The notes under the pieces: generated by a model
What the model was told of the DNA's origin: nothing
What the model saw: only the letters and a program-made list of their open reading frames with translations
Databases searched by the model: none
Source of the DNA: the human T2T-CHM13v2.0 reference genome, Homo sapiens
NCBI RefSeq assembly: GCF_009914755.1
Contig: NC_060938.1
Length of the DNA stretch: 64,000 nucleotides
Reading direction: 5' to 3' (one strand)
Shown here: positions 40,111 to 53,802 of the stretch, piece after piece
How the letters are laid out: every line of letters starts with the position of its first letter
How positions within the stretch are numbered: the first letter of the stretch is position 1
Made by a program: the position numbers and the translations under genes

Positions 40111-41236
40111 TTGAGAGGGTTTTTACTTTTTATTTTTTTGGTTATGATGAGAAACCTATATGTGTACTAAAAAAAATGTCCTATTCCACCCCTAATTAAG
40201 ATGTTAGATAATAGGACACACAGCAGTTACAAGAAAACAAAACATTTGGTCTTCAAGGGGTATGTGAGCAGCACAACATACTTTTTACTACTGTATTACA
40301 TTTTTTTATGTTACTCCACACATCTCTCTCTCTCTTTTTTTTTTTTACTATAAATGAAAAAGGATTGTATTTGAAAAGACAATTATATTTTCTCTGCTCT
40401 AATTTTTACATGAGAAGTCTTTGTAGTACAAAAATGTTAATTTGCTGTTTGAAGAATTTATAACAATAAAAGTAACACATCAATAGACAGAGGTGTAGTT
40501 CTCCATTATTCACATAAAAAGTGACAGCAGGTGAACAACAGGAGTCCAAAATCATGTGCTGGGGAGAATTAGTCAGCTAAGTTCTCTACTGAGAGGATTT
40601 GTATCATTTGGCCACACTAATTTTTTAGTTAAGATATTTGCCTCAGTTTTTTCTACCGCAATTTTGTGTTAATACAAAGAGAGTTCAAAGTAAAAGTGAA
40701 GGAATAATATAAACTGAAAAAAATATTGCTGGATTTTACAAAATAGTTGCTACTCAGTTTTAAGCTCAACTTACATTTTTATTATTATACTACTATAGGC
40801 TAAATCAGTGGAGAAGCTGGAATAACAAAGGCTGAAAGTAAAAAAAAAATTAAAATTCTGCTCAAAACCACTTCACTATGCTATCATTTTACCCATAAAT
40901 TCAACCAAAATTTTTAATTTATTAGTAAATTAAGAGATCTTATGAATACAATAATTTTCCAATTCTGGGAAGATGATTTTGTTTCTCCTTTAGATACAGT
41001 TCTAATACAAAACCATAGTGGAAAAACAGTCAAGACAGATTTGCAATCTAATGGGTCAGTAGGAATAAAGGTTTAATGGGAGCACATTATTAAAACAAGA
41101 CATCTTATCACAGTATTACAGGCACAGAGTAAAAGCATAAAGTCACATTCAGTCATTCCTCATTCATTCAACAGAGAAAATGCCTGTCCCACAGAGCTTA
41201 CATTAGAAAGAAAACAAACAAAAACAGGCAATTAAA

Positions 41237-41237
41237 A

Positions 41238-41282
<45 letters not shown>
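41237..41282. repeat. (AC)n microsatellite
   Basis: Read directly; one interruption. Confidence 0.93.
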
Positions 41283-41287
<5 letters not shown>

Positions 41288-41491
41288 AAGTTAGATGTGT
41301 TGAATAGGGATAACTTCCATGAAAAATAATATAGCTGTAAAAAAAAGAGAGATTTTAAGGAGCTGAATTTTGACATACATCATCCAGAGAAGCCTCACTG
41401 AGATGCTTTAGAAGCCATGTGAAAGAAGTGCTGGGTGTGCCTTATAGACATCTGGGGAAGCAGCATGTGAGGCTCTTAGAGGAACAGGTGA

Positions 41492-41908
<417 letters not shown>

Positions 41909-42483
41909 GGGCCTTGTAGAATTTAATGAAAGATTTGGCTTTTACACTTGAGGATATAGGAAACCATGAAAGAATTTGACCATTGAATTAACAAGATACA
42001 ATTGAAAAATAAATGTTACAATGTTGCATGAAGTAGAGACTATATGAAGGGCAAGGTAGTAGCCACATGACCAATCAGGAGGCTATTGCAAACATCGGAG
42101 GTAGTGGCTTGGATTTTGATGATAGCAGTGGAAAGAGTGAGAAGAAATGAGATGCTGTCCACATGTTGAAGAATGTGTTCATTGCATTTGCTGATAAATT
42201 ACAATTAGTATGTGAGAGTCATAAAGGAATAAAGGTTTTGAACTGAGCAATTAGAAGGAGAGTTATTGCTCTAAAAGTTTAATCTAGGTATATGATAATT
42301 CAAATAACTTAAGCCAAAAATTAATGTGTGGAATTAAATTAAATTACAGTGACTTTTGCCGAAACAGGCTAGACAACTAAGCTGATTGGGGCGGGAAGGG
42401 GATATATAAAAATATAGACTATTTGCCTAATTTTTTGAGAATCAGATTCAGTATGTTTGAAGGAACATCCTTATATATCTATC

Positions 42484-42486
<3 letters not shown>

Positions 42487-42526
<40 letters not shown>
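42487..42526. repeat. (CA)20 microsatellite
   Basis: Read directly. Confidence 0.96.
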
Positions 42527-42530
<4 letters not shown>

Positions 42531-42604
42531 AAAACAACCAGGTTGACAAGATAAAAAATTGGATATTAATGGCGTTTTACTTTGAATGGTCAAATACAGA
42601 TGTT

Positions 42605-42785
42605 TTCTGCCCAGATGTTTGTTTTTGTAAAGACTTTTTGGAACACAGTCATACTTGTTTATGTATTGTCTATGGCTGCTTTCATGCTACAACAGCAGAT
42701 TTAAGTAGTTGTGACAGATGCCATATGGCCCAGTAGCCTAAAATATATACTATCTGGCCCTTTAGAAAAGTTTCCTTACTTCTGC
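42605..42785 (+). mobile_element. MER58A (hAT-Charlie DNA transposon)
   Basis: TTGGAACACAG...TATTGTCTATGGCTGCTTTC...GCCTAAAATATATACTATCTGGCCCTTTA. Confidence 0.85.
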
Positions 42786-44047
42786 CCTAGATAATGTTTT
42801 CCATAAAAGAACTGGTACATTTACAGGGTAAAGAAAGTATATTTGATTGAATAATTTGGAATGAGAGATGAGAATCTGAAGCTGGGAGTAGATTTTACTA
42901 CAGGTAGCTGGTTTAATTAAATTCAGTGCAACTGAATTAAAAAGTATTGATCATGTACTGTCTATTGTTCCTCTTTGAGTTGCTCTAATATCAGGGACAT
43001 CGTGGTTGCCATTAGGACCTTCATCGATGTACAGCCATTTAGATTGTGCACTGAGTAACTCTGGGTGCCATTTACATCATAGATTATGAGGTAATTCATA
43101 TTCTTTGGTTTTGTGTAAGGCGGTAGCTCTGGTTATCATCACTCCCTGAAGTGTTTCTCACTTAATTGAATGTGTCAACATTAACATTTCAAAGATAAGA
43201 TTGAGTCTCTGGATGATTTCTGCATGCAAATTTCTTTTTAACACAACCCAGGAACTTTAATGAAATACCACTCTTTGGTCTATTAGGTGGGAGAAACTTC
43301 TATCTTGGCTTTTTCCAAGACTTCCAGAATGAGTCTGCGTTAAAATGACATCTGTGATGTGGAAAATTCCAGATTCTCGTATTCTGCTTGGCCTACATCT
43401 ACATAATGGCAAAATTACAGGAAACAAACCAGTGACTAGTTGGTTATTTCTTCTCAACAAAACATGACCATTTACAAAGTAGTTCACCAAAGCAGTTTTA
43501 TCTTGTAGAAGAAAATTACAAAACCAAGTCATAAAAGCCAATGAATAGCCTACAGCTGTCTCAAGATTATTGATGTAATGTTTGTAAATAAGAAGAATTT
43601 TTAAAATCCCAGCAATTCAGCTGCTGCTAGTATCAATCAACATCCCTGCTAACAGAGTTTCTTTTGTGGGTGTAAAGAAGTGGAAAACGTGTAAATTGAA
43701 AGCTGGAGCCTTAGCAAAGACTGCTTTATTCTGGGAGCTATGTAAACAAATAACATACAAAGCCCTAAAACCTTGTTCATTTTATGAAACCAGTAAATAC
43801 AAAGGAAGACTTTTTTTTTTTGTAGAAGCACAAACTTGTAGATGGTACTCTTTCTTTGTTTAGACATGCACATCTACAATACACCATACTAAGCACTCTG
43901 CCTTTCATATGAATAGATGAGAGTATTTAATCAAAAAGAAATGAAACAAATAACAAACAAGCACACCAACAAGTAAAAGCTAACAACTGTTTTGAAATGC
44001 TGTCTGCCTCCCATTCACTCAAGACAGGCCAGGTAACACGTAACACA

Positions 44048-44505
44048 TGCATCAGTCAAAGTCACCTCAGGAAAATCACTCAAGTGCAGGTGGCACAACA
44101 ATCCTTAACACTTGAACACTGACAGAAGTGTGGCAGGGTTGAGGGGCCCGACAAGAAGGGTTGAGACAAGGCATTCTCAGACTAGCAATAACAGAAAGCC
44201 ATTACCATTCCTGGGCTGAAGGCACAACAGAAAAAACATGCAAGTGTTGGAGGAACGGCCTTCAGAAGCTACATCCTGGAGGGACACAGCCACTGCCATC
44301 AACTTGGCACTGAGTCAGGAAGCATCCAGGAGAAAGCATATCCAACCTTCCTCCTTCTCTCTGCATCCCGAAAGTTTCCTGATGCCTTTCACTTGGCAAA
44401 CCCAACTAGAAATCTGACAAGGGAACCCAGGGGGAGAAATCCAAGGCAGAAAACAAGGTGGAGGATGGATTGAGAGTGTCAAACAAATGGAGAACAAACA
44501 GCACA
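44048..44505 (-). mobile_element. ERVL LTR33-like solo LTR
   Basis: Minus strand starts TGTGCTGTTTGTTCTCCATTTG...ATCCATCCTCCACC; TG...CA termini. Confidence 0.7.
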
Positions 44506-46279
44506 TCCAGGGAAAACAACAGAGCAACACTTACTTCTTCAGCCTTGTGGTTTCTTGTTTTATTCTGTGCGTGTATTTAGTTCATTGTTTTTTCTCCCTC
44601 TTTTATTCTGTTATGTACTTTCCAAACTTTTGAATAAGTAATGAAATAATTAACGCTAGAAATTCCTTTAGCTTCTTTTCAAAGTATGTACACCTAGAAG
44701 GTACAACAGGTGTGACATAGTTACAACTCACTAGGCTCTTCCAGAAGAATATCAGGAAGGCTTCAGAACAAAATATGCCCAGTGAAAAGTGCTGTGAGCA
44801 GAGCCTATTAAATTTTAAACTAGCAGACAGTTGAAAGCTGCCTGAGCCCTGCAGCAGGATAGTCTAACCCAGTGGATAAGTTGTTCTAAGAAGGACCCAT
44901 CCTTGTGAAAATATATTATTTTTATGACAATACCAAGACCATTGCACAAGGCAGTTATTGGTTGTGCAAATACCAGTATCAAACGTGAAATATACTAGGA
45001 GGCTAAAGGTGGAGAAATAAATAGGTGATCAAATAAAACATACAGATAAATGGAAGGGCCCACATCTGTCCTGCGAGTCTTGTCTCCAAGACATGGGATT
45101 TCTGTGATCTGACTCCATTGGCATACCCAAACACCATGCCCAGATATATTTAAAAGGTAACTTCAGATAATTTCCCCTATATAATTTAATAATGTATCCA
45201 GGGGTAAATCAACTTAGAAGCCAAAGGAGGGCTTACAGAGAACAACTGTTGCTAAAACAAAACAAACAAAATTAAAATTCAGAGGACAGAACTTATTACA
45301 GTCTTGGAGAGGAAATCCTGCCCTTTGCTTGATTTGATGAACAACTTTTAAAAGATAATCTAATACAACGATTTATGAAATCATGAATCACTTGGGTTAC
45401 TCCCATACATATGAAGTAAAATATAAACAAAATTAATTTTCTGGGTAACTCAAAAGAAACCTAAAAAAATTTTGTTTTGGAGGGTGGCCTTCTATGGACA
45501 AAATCAGAAAAGAGATCTATAATCATTAATTTATTTAAATAAGTACTCAAACTGCATCCTACTATATAGATACAGATTTAGAATATGTAGTTTGTCAAGG
45601 GAAATGATTACTAACTCTATATTAAATTGAAATCTGCAGTCAATCTCTGGATACCTTCAGTGAAAATATACACAAAGCAAAATAGTTGAAGCTCTTCATT
45701 TAACTGCATATTTTATTTGTGTTTATAAAACTTGGGAGCTAGTCCTCAATATGTGATGAACATGTTTCACTTAAAAACAGGAAAGGATTCACACTTTACT
45801 ACCTTAAGAGACTGTGCCTGGTAGGCCATATTGGAGGCATGTGTTCAATGATGTGGTCTAGCATCATAGTAGTCTCCATATTATATTCATTACTGCCCCC
45901 TCATTTCCAAATCACTACTGCAAAGTCATATGGGCATTCTGCTCAACAGATTGGTTGGGTGGTGGGCGAAATGACATTTTCTAACCCTGGTTTTCAATTA
46001 TGGTTCTGTCACTCTATGGTATATCTAAATTCTATCTATGGCAATTCATTTCAGCAATTTACACCTCAGCTTACTTATCTTGAGTTGGATTTATCCTATT
46101 CCATTATCATGATAAAGTTCTATACATATATTCTAGTAAAAGTCAAAGTATAAGTATACAAAGACAAAATCATTGGTATTAATGAGTAATCCTAAAATCT
46201 CCAAAAGTTAATGGATATTTAGTTACTTTTAAGAGGATATTAATTTTTCTCTTGCTTTTCTTTCTAAACAACACACCAT

Positions 46280-46850
46280 GTTTTTAAATCTTAGAGGTAA
46301 TGCATGTTCACTGAAGATAATCTTTCAAGTATAAAAATATGAGGAAGAAATAAAACTTTTGTATCTATAGACAGTCATGCATCTACGAATATGTACATCT
46401 GATATTAGTTCTTTTACTAGGCACAGATATTCTCTCTCACAAATAGATACACATTTTAGTAGAATACAATGATGTTATTTTACATTAACACTGTATTACA
46501 AGCATATCCACACATTAAAACTACTTCAGTTATTTTTTTAACAATTACTTTTAATAGTGACATAATGGGCCATTCTATGAACATACCACAATTTAGTAAA
46601 TAAGCCTGCTTTTTTTTAGAAATGTATTTTCCTAAATGTGTTTTTTCCTTGTTCTCAGAAGCAGTGAAACTATAATGAATACCAAAGGGATAAAATCTTT
46701 GTAGTTATCTCTGATAATCATAGGGCTAATTTTTTGAAGTGGACTTTTTGGGTTAATACTTAATAAATGTTCAGGGTCTTGATGCAAGAAACCAGATTGC
46801 TTTTGTACTTATTTTCACTAGTTTATGCTTCTACCTGCATCAGATAATTT
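46280..46850 (-). mobile_element. Degenerate L1ME-like fragment
   Basis: CCATTCTATGAACATACCACAATTTA and similar reverse-complement L1 3' motifs. Confidence 0.5.
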
Positions 46851-47284
46851 CAATCAATTATATACACTTTCTTTGTTTTGTGTCACTTTGTTAAATAATT
46901 TCACCAAAGGTACTTCAGGATGAATAGATAACATCACAAATAATTATATTGTATTGGATTTTAGTAGACACCAAAAAGGAGTGCATACCTACATATACCT
47001 TCACACTTATAAACACATAGAATATATGTATAAACACAGAATGCATACATACAAACACATATGAATTAAAGCTCTTTCTTCAGCAAGTACCTAGATCTGG
47101 AAAATTATTAAACACAACAAATGTGGTTAGATACGTGATCAGAAAATGTAAAGTCTTTAATTTCCTATAATGCTGTAAAGTAGGTGAATTTTGTGAGAGA
47201 AAGTGTATGATCTGGTTCTCGGACTTTCAGAGTATGGACATTACATTCAAACTATCAGCTCCATAAATATTTTCAAGGGCTAAA

Positions 47285-47880
47285 AATAGCAAGTGTTAAC
47301 ATATATGTGGAGCAATGTGAATTCTCAGGTGTAGCTGGAAAAGTAAGAGTAAAAATGATAAAGGCAGAATCACTTTAAATAGACTTCTTTGGCAATAGCT
47401 CAAAAAATGAAGATGTGCATGTTCTCTGATTCAACAATCCTTCTCCTAAGTATCTACCATGAAGAAGTTCATAACATCCACAAGGAGACGTGTACAGGAA
47501 TTTTCACCACAACACTGACTGTATTGGTTAAGTAAAACTAAAACCATGTAAATGCCCTTCAAAAGAAAAATGAATCAATATATTATTACATATGTACAAT
47601 GTACTAGTTACAGCATTATGTAACAGTTAAAACTAGTTTAATATGTAACTTTTTAGAAGATAGATATGTTCGTAAGTGCTATATTGCTAATGATATATAC
47701 TTATTTACCAAAAAATGTACAGGATTGATTAAAACAAAAATAATAACAAGTAAACCTGGATTAGAAGTTACCTGTAAAAGAGAAGAAAAATAACAAGGTC
47801 AGGGAAGAATACAAAGAGGAGTAGAACACTACCTTTACTACTTTAATAATTTTATTTATTTTTAAACAGTGGAGGTAAAA
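47285..47880 (+). mobile_element. L1ME-like ORF2 end / 3' UTR fragment
   Basis: ATGTGGAGCAA...TTTGGCAAT...CAATCCTTCTCCTAAGTAT...CAAGGAGACGTGTACAGG. Confidence 0.65.
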
Positions 47881-48389
47881 ATATAGCAAAATATTCAAAT
47901 TCAGTATGCCTTATCATAATTAGTCTTTCTGTATATCTGAAAAATTTATTTTTAATAGCCTATTGAAAAATGCTGATGTATTATCAGACAAATTAAATAA
48001 TTTGATTCCCTGTAATTCTTTGCTATTTATCTGAACACACTCCAGACATCTCTGCCTGTCTGCCTCTTTATTTTTATCTTTGCTGTATGCCTCTGGGGAG
48101 GCGCCAGTCATAAACTGTTTTATGTTGTCTTCATTTAATATTTCCCATAGCTGCTTTTCTGCCAGAACCTCATAATCTAAAGCCCCCTTCCACAAGCCTA
48201 ATAACCATCACTTCCTACCTTTGGTCCCCTGATCATCTTACTCTATCTGAATGGTTTGTCTGCCATTTTCATCTTCTAGCCTCAGCTTCTTCCAAAGCCA
48301 TTGGTCCTTTCTTGATCTCACAGGACTCCCAGTGCATAAAACTATTGGAACTGGCCTATTTTCACTTTAGCTCTACGCGTCTGCTCGAA

Positions 48390-48997
48390 CACATGTTCCT
48401 CTCAAAACCTGCAATGATTTTTTTAAAGTATTGCATTAGAATATCTCTCTTCCCACTTTAAACATTGAAATGACTTTTCATGTTTTTCTAGGATAAAATT
48501 CCAACTTTTACCAATGACCTACAGTGTACTGCATGATCTGGTGCATCTGGCTATGTTAGTTACCATTCTTCCTTTACTTACTGTTACCCGATAAACTCCA
48601 AGCACACGCACCTTTCTTTTATCCAGACATAACAGGTGTGTTTCCTCCTGCAGATGTTGCACTTGTAATTTCCCCTGCCTATTATGATATTCATATGAAT
48701 GGATTCTACTTGTTCTCATTATGACTTATCAAAAGTCATCTCTTCAGAAAACCCTTTCCTTGTCATGGGACAAATTTTGGGTTGTCTCTATTCTATCGTT
48801 ATTTATATTGATGATCTTTATAATTATCAAATAATTCTTATTTTATACTTAACAGTTGCCTATATGACCATTGGAATGTAAGCTTTATGAAGGAAGAGAT
48901 CACACCCTTTTCTTTAATTGCAACCATAACCCCAGGACTGAAAAAATCTTTGCCATGTAACAGATGCTCAATAAATATTTGTTGAGTGAATGAATAA
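48390..48997 (+). mobile_element. L2 3' portion
   Basis: GGATAAAATTCCAA...GAATGTAAGCTTTATGAAGG...GCTCAATAAATATTTGTTGAGTGAATGAAT. Confidence 0.8.
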
Positions 48998-49446
48998 GGT
49001 TTTTACGGTCATTGCCACCAAGAAATACACAAATGCTTTTTTCTTCTAGTTGATTCTTAGCTAATTACCACAGCACCTATTTCAAAGCTTTTCTGGCTTT
49101 TAAAACTCCTAGGCACAATTTTCCTTCCTCATTCTCAGAAAATCTTTTGGTTGTGAACAGAATTGAAAGCATTCAGCCATTTAGTGTTTTTTCCCCTTCA
49201 CTTTGCATTGATTTTCCCTCTTTCATTCTCCATCTTTACCAATTCTATTTCTTTATCAGGAAGACAACTAATTTTTTTTCACTTAGCTAAGGTTAATTCT
49301 TCCATCTTCTGCATGATAGTATAAATCATTCCATCTGTCTATTTTTCAGTTTGTTTGTAATTTTTTTTGCCTGCAGCAAATGTGATTAAATTAGCTATGT
49401 TCAAACAAAACAAAACATAGCATAACAAAAACCTCCTTTAACTGTT

Positions 49447-49808
49447 TTATATAGTTTGGCTGTGTCTCCACCCAAATCTCATCTTGAATTGTAGTTCCCA
49501 TAATCCCCAAGTGTCATGGGAGGGTCCTGGTGGGAAGCGATTGGATCATGGGGCAGTTTCCTATGCTGTTCTTGTGATAGTGAGTGATTTACCGCAAGAT
49601 CTGATGGTTTTATAAATGTCCAGCAGTTCCCCTACTGGCACACTTTCTCTTTCCTGCTGCCCTGTGAAGAGGAGCTTTCCACCATGATTGTAAGTTTCCT
49701 GGGGCCTCCTCAGCCATGCAGAAATGTGAGTCAATGAAACCTCTTTTTTTTATAAATTACCCAGTCTTGGCTAGTATCTTTATAGCAGTGTGAGAACAGA
49801 CTAATACA
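49447..49808 (+). mobile_element. THE1 (D-like) solo LTR
   Basis: TTTGGCTGTGTCTCCACCCAAATCTCATCTTGAATTGTAG...GACTAATACA; perfect TSD CTGTT. Confidence 0.92.
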
Positions 49809-50027
49809 CTGTTTTCTCCTCAAAATAATTTTGTTTCTTCTATTCACCAAAAAATTTCTTAAGTAAATAATCTTCTCAAACTGTATTCACTTCCTCTTCT
49901 CTCATCCATTTCTCCTTCTCTCGCAGTTTGGATCATTCCTACCATATCTAGTCTTTCCAAAATCTGCTTTCAGAGTTACCAATTACTTACAGAAACCAAA
50001 TCTACTGGCTTCTTCTGAAAACTTTTT

Positions 50028-50470
50028 CTGGATATTGGTTAATGCTAAGTTTCACCTCCACCCTTCATAACGAGTCCTCACAATCCAAGTGCTGAATGCC
50101 TGTAAACTATACCTTCAGACTCCCTTGCCAGTAGGATTCTGGCTCAATTTTGCCAACGAGAGGCAATGATATGGGTTTTGGCGAGCTAAGACAAAGAAAA
50201 GTGATAGCTTTTCTGAGGCAGCTGTGGACTCTGAGACATGGGGTTCTGCTATTGTTTTGGGGTGAGTAGCCTCCTGAGAATCACCCACACCCATGCTGCA
50301 GGCAACTGAAATGTTTATCATAGCTTTTAGGATCTTTGCGCATCTGCTTGAAAATTACTCAGCCTTTTCCCATTTTTCAAAGGATTGCAAAAACTTCCAA
50401 TTATTTTAAAGCTCTTTGCCACATGAGACAACTTATGCAGCTTCTTTTTTCCTGGCTAAATTTTATGGAT
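50028..50470 (+). mobile_element. Old ERVL-type LTR (LTR16/LTR33-like)
   Basis: CAGACTCCCTTGCCAGTAGGATTCTGG...GCCAACGAGAGGCA. Confidence 0.5.
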
Positions 50471-50479
50471 AAGAGTCCC

Positions 50480-51745
50480 CATTTTTTATGTACATAGTTA
50501 CTATATTCTTAGAATTCCAGGATATATTAGACAGTGTTGTTGCTTTTCTCTTTCTCTCTGAAAGCAGTCTTCTCTTGACTTTTGAGTCTTTCAGTGTTCC
50601 TTCTTATTTCAATTCCTGGTCTTCATTTTATTCTTTATCACCAGATCTTCTTCCATTTACTCCTGAAATGAAAGCATTTCCTACAACACTCTACTCAGCT
50701 TCCTTTTTGAAATATATGGGCATTCCCCTATTTATTATTTGCAATCCCATGCCATAACTTCTCACAAATATATCAAAATTTACACTTTAGGCCTCATCTC
50801 CTTTGGGAATTCTAGACCATCACTGATACCTGCTATAAAATATCTTTCTAAGCATGTCTCACAGGCCCCTAAATTTTAACATAACCAAGCTTTCCTAATT
50901 CCTCCTGGAATTGTTATGTTGCTTAATGACAGAGAAATTCACTCAGTTATTCAGGCTTTATGCTCTTTATCCCTCAACTGTACCTTCTAGAGACAATCTA
51001 ATACTCTTCACTTTACCTTTACCTTTTTATTTCATTCTGCTTCTACATCTTTATTCTGTTATGTTACTGTTTAGTTCATTTCCTCTTTATCTTTTGTCCT
51101 AACTTGTTTTCCTGCTTATAATCATTCCTTCTTCATGCACATTGATCTAATATTCCTTCTCAAAGCTCACTTTTGATCATGGATCTACCAGGTTTAAAGG
51201 TTTTCAAATCAATATATTAATGTAAAATATAATCCCATACTCCCTGACTGGAATTTAATGTCTTTTTACCTTAAGGATTCAACTTTCTAGCCTTACTTCT
51301 CCTCTGGCAATCTTCTCTGCTTCAGTGTATTCCCTCATTTGCATCCTGTCCTTCGATAGCAACAGGTTACTTGCCATTCTCCCAACATTTACCATTCTTA
51401 CCCTTACAAATTTGTGCAATGTAATCTGAAATTCATTTCCTTCCTTTGCTCTGAGTGGCAAAACCCATATTTCTATGTCAAACTTGAAAGCAGTTTCTAC
51501 ATAAAAACTTCTTAGACCCCTTATTAAGAATTAATCACTCCTTTTGGCTATACACCACATTCAATGAAATTACATTGGAACTCTATCCCATTGATTTCTT
51601 AAACTAATCATGCATTTTCTTGCCTGTCTTTCTTACCAGATTGTGACAGCCACAAGCTTAGAGCTGATTCATCGTAGCTTTCCTCTTCAGCACCTGAAAT
51701 AGTGTCAGGAGCACTGCAGGCACTCCATGAATGTGTGTTGGACTT
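50480..51745 (+). mobile_element. Degenerate L2
   Basis: Pyrimidine-rich L2-like body ending CCAGATTGTGACAG...ATAGTGTCAGG...CACTCCATGAATGTGTGTTG. Confidence 0.55.
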
Positions 51746-53049
51746 AATTGAATTCCACTGCAACTCTAATCAACATTCACTGTAGGGAACAGTGATGGAA
51801 ACATAATGGACTTCTTCTCCTCGGAACAACATGTCACTAGCCAGTCCTTGAAGCACACTTCCTGAATCACACCTGGATGAATGCAGCCAAAGGGAAGCAG
51901 ATGAAAGCAACCAAAGGGCTTTTCTAAGTGGCAAAGGCAGATGAGGAAGGGCAAGGCTGTGGTTGTGCTCATGGCACTAGAGCAGCTCCTTCAGCGCCTG
52001 AGAGCTGCCAGAAGACAGGTGTAGAATTACCAGCTCTAGTGAACTTCAGCTTGCTGGACTGCCTCCTGCTTTGGGACCTGGCTGCTCAGATGATTATTTT
52101 CTCCATCCACTTTTGGCTCAATGAAGACAGATACTTACAAATGATAAGTGCACTTGGCAACATCCCAAATAATGACTCTTCAACCCTTGGAGACTGCCTT
52201 GCCTACACTTGATTTTTGGATTTTGAAATTTAAATTGGGTAGCCAACATGGTTCATTTTCCAGATACATAATGATAAAAATTACACACCGCATATAGACA
52301 AATTTGTCATTAACAAACCAATTTTATGAGCATTGTTTCATTTAATTTGCAAAATTCCCTTGGGATGCTGGGAAGGAATATATATTTTTTATCGTATTTT
52401 GGTCAACAGCATACTGCTTCCTTTTGATGACCATGTATTCTAGAGTCAAAAGAATGTAAATTTGAAGTTCATCTTAGCCAGTTGCTAGTGTGTTCCTTTG
52501 GGGATACTACTATACAATCTTGTTCTGTTCCTTTAGAAAATAGCTACTCACAATATTAATTACCCATTGGGATGTTATGAGGGTAAAATTAATAAAGACA
52601 GTCCTCTGGCTCACTTGGATTCTTTGAGAGAGTAGAAGCACTAGTGATCATAAAAGGAAATGAACTTTGAGGGAAAAGCTATTTTAAAGACTTATTCTAA
52701 TTTTACAAACCTGGGTACATCACAGACCATTCCGGGTGGCATTTTCATTATTTGAGAAAATGGGGCTGGTCCTTACTGTCATTATTTGCATGAAGATTAA
52801 ATGATACTACAAATTTAAAAGCACAGTATGTAGTATGAAGTTGTACTTGCAAGATTCATTCAATAAATATGTTTCATTTATCTTTCAATAAGCCTTCTTT
52901 TATTTTTCATCTGTAAAATGGGGATTAAAAAATGCCTTGCCTCTCTGTTTCATGTTTTTTTTTAACCTCTCAGGTAAACTAGACAAGTAATATCCCTTAA
53001 TAAAATTTTAAAGTGCTTAGATTACAACAATTTGGATTTTTCTACTTGT

Positions 53050-53802
53050 CTCAATACAATAGGATGATATCTCCTTGATAGGAAATCTTGTTGGCTCTGT
53101 CTTCAAAATATGTATCAAAGTCTAGGCCGTTTGGTACTGTCCCCATTGCTCCCATGCTATTGAAGTCCTTGCCATCTTTCATCCAGGTGGCTGCTTCCAC
53201 AGTGACCCCATAGTCTTTTATCTCTACAGTGGGGGTTAGCTTTATATCTCTGCTAAAACTCTTGAAAGGCTCTACCCTTTATTCAGAGAAAGAAAGCAAT
53301 ACAATGCAATGTTTCAGATGATCTGCCGCACCCCTCCACCAATCCACTATTTCATCACATTTCTGTAATTCTCCCCTCTGCTCCTTCATCTCTTTTATAT
53401 TTACCTCTTTGCTGCTCTTTGAATGCCTCAGGTAGGCTCCCATATTGGAGCGTTTCTAAGGGCTACTCCCACTAGCTAGAACTCTCTTCCTTCAGATATC
53501 AACATGGTCAAGCTCTCACCTCCTTGAAGTCTTTCCTCAAATGTCATCATTTGAATAAAAAGGACCTTGATAATATCAACCACACAATTTAAAACTGCGT
53601 CCCCCTTCACTCCTCATCCCTTTATTTCTGATTCATTCTTTTGTCCATTTATATCATATAATTTATTTATTTGTGATGTTTATGTTTTATTATCTGTCTC
53701 ATCCTATTGCAATATAAGTTCCATTAAGGATCTAAATTTTGTTCATCAATGAATTCCAAGTTTCTAAGACAAGCCACCAATAATTATTTCTTGAATTGAA
53801 TT
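53050..53802 (+). mobile_element. L2 3' portion
   Basis: TTGGCTCTGTCTTCAAAATAT...CAGATATCAACATGG...CTCAAATGTCATC...AATATAAGTTCCAT...TTGAATTGAATTG. Confidence 0.75.
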
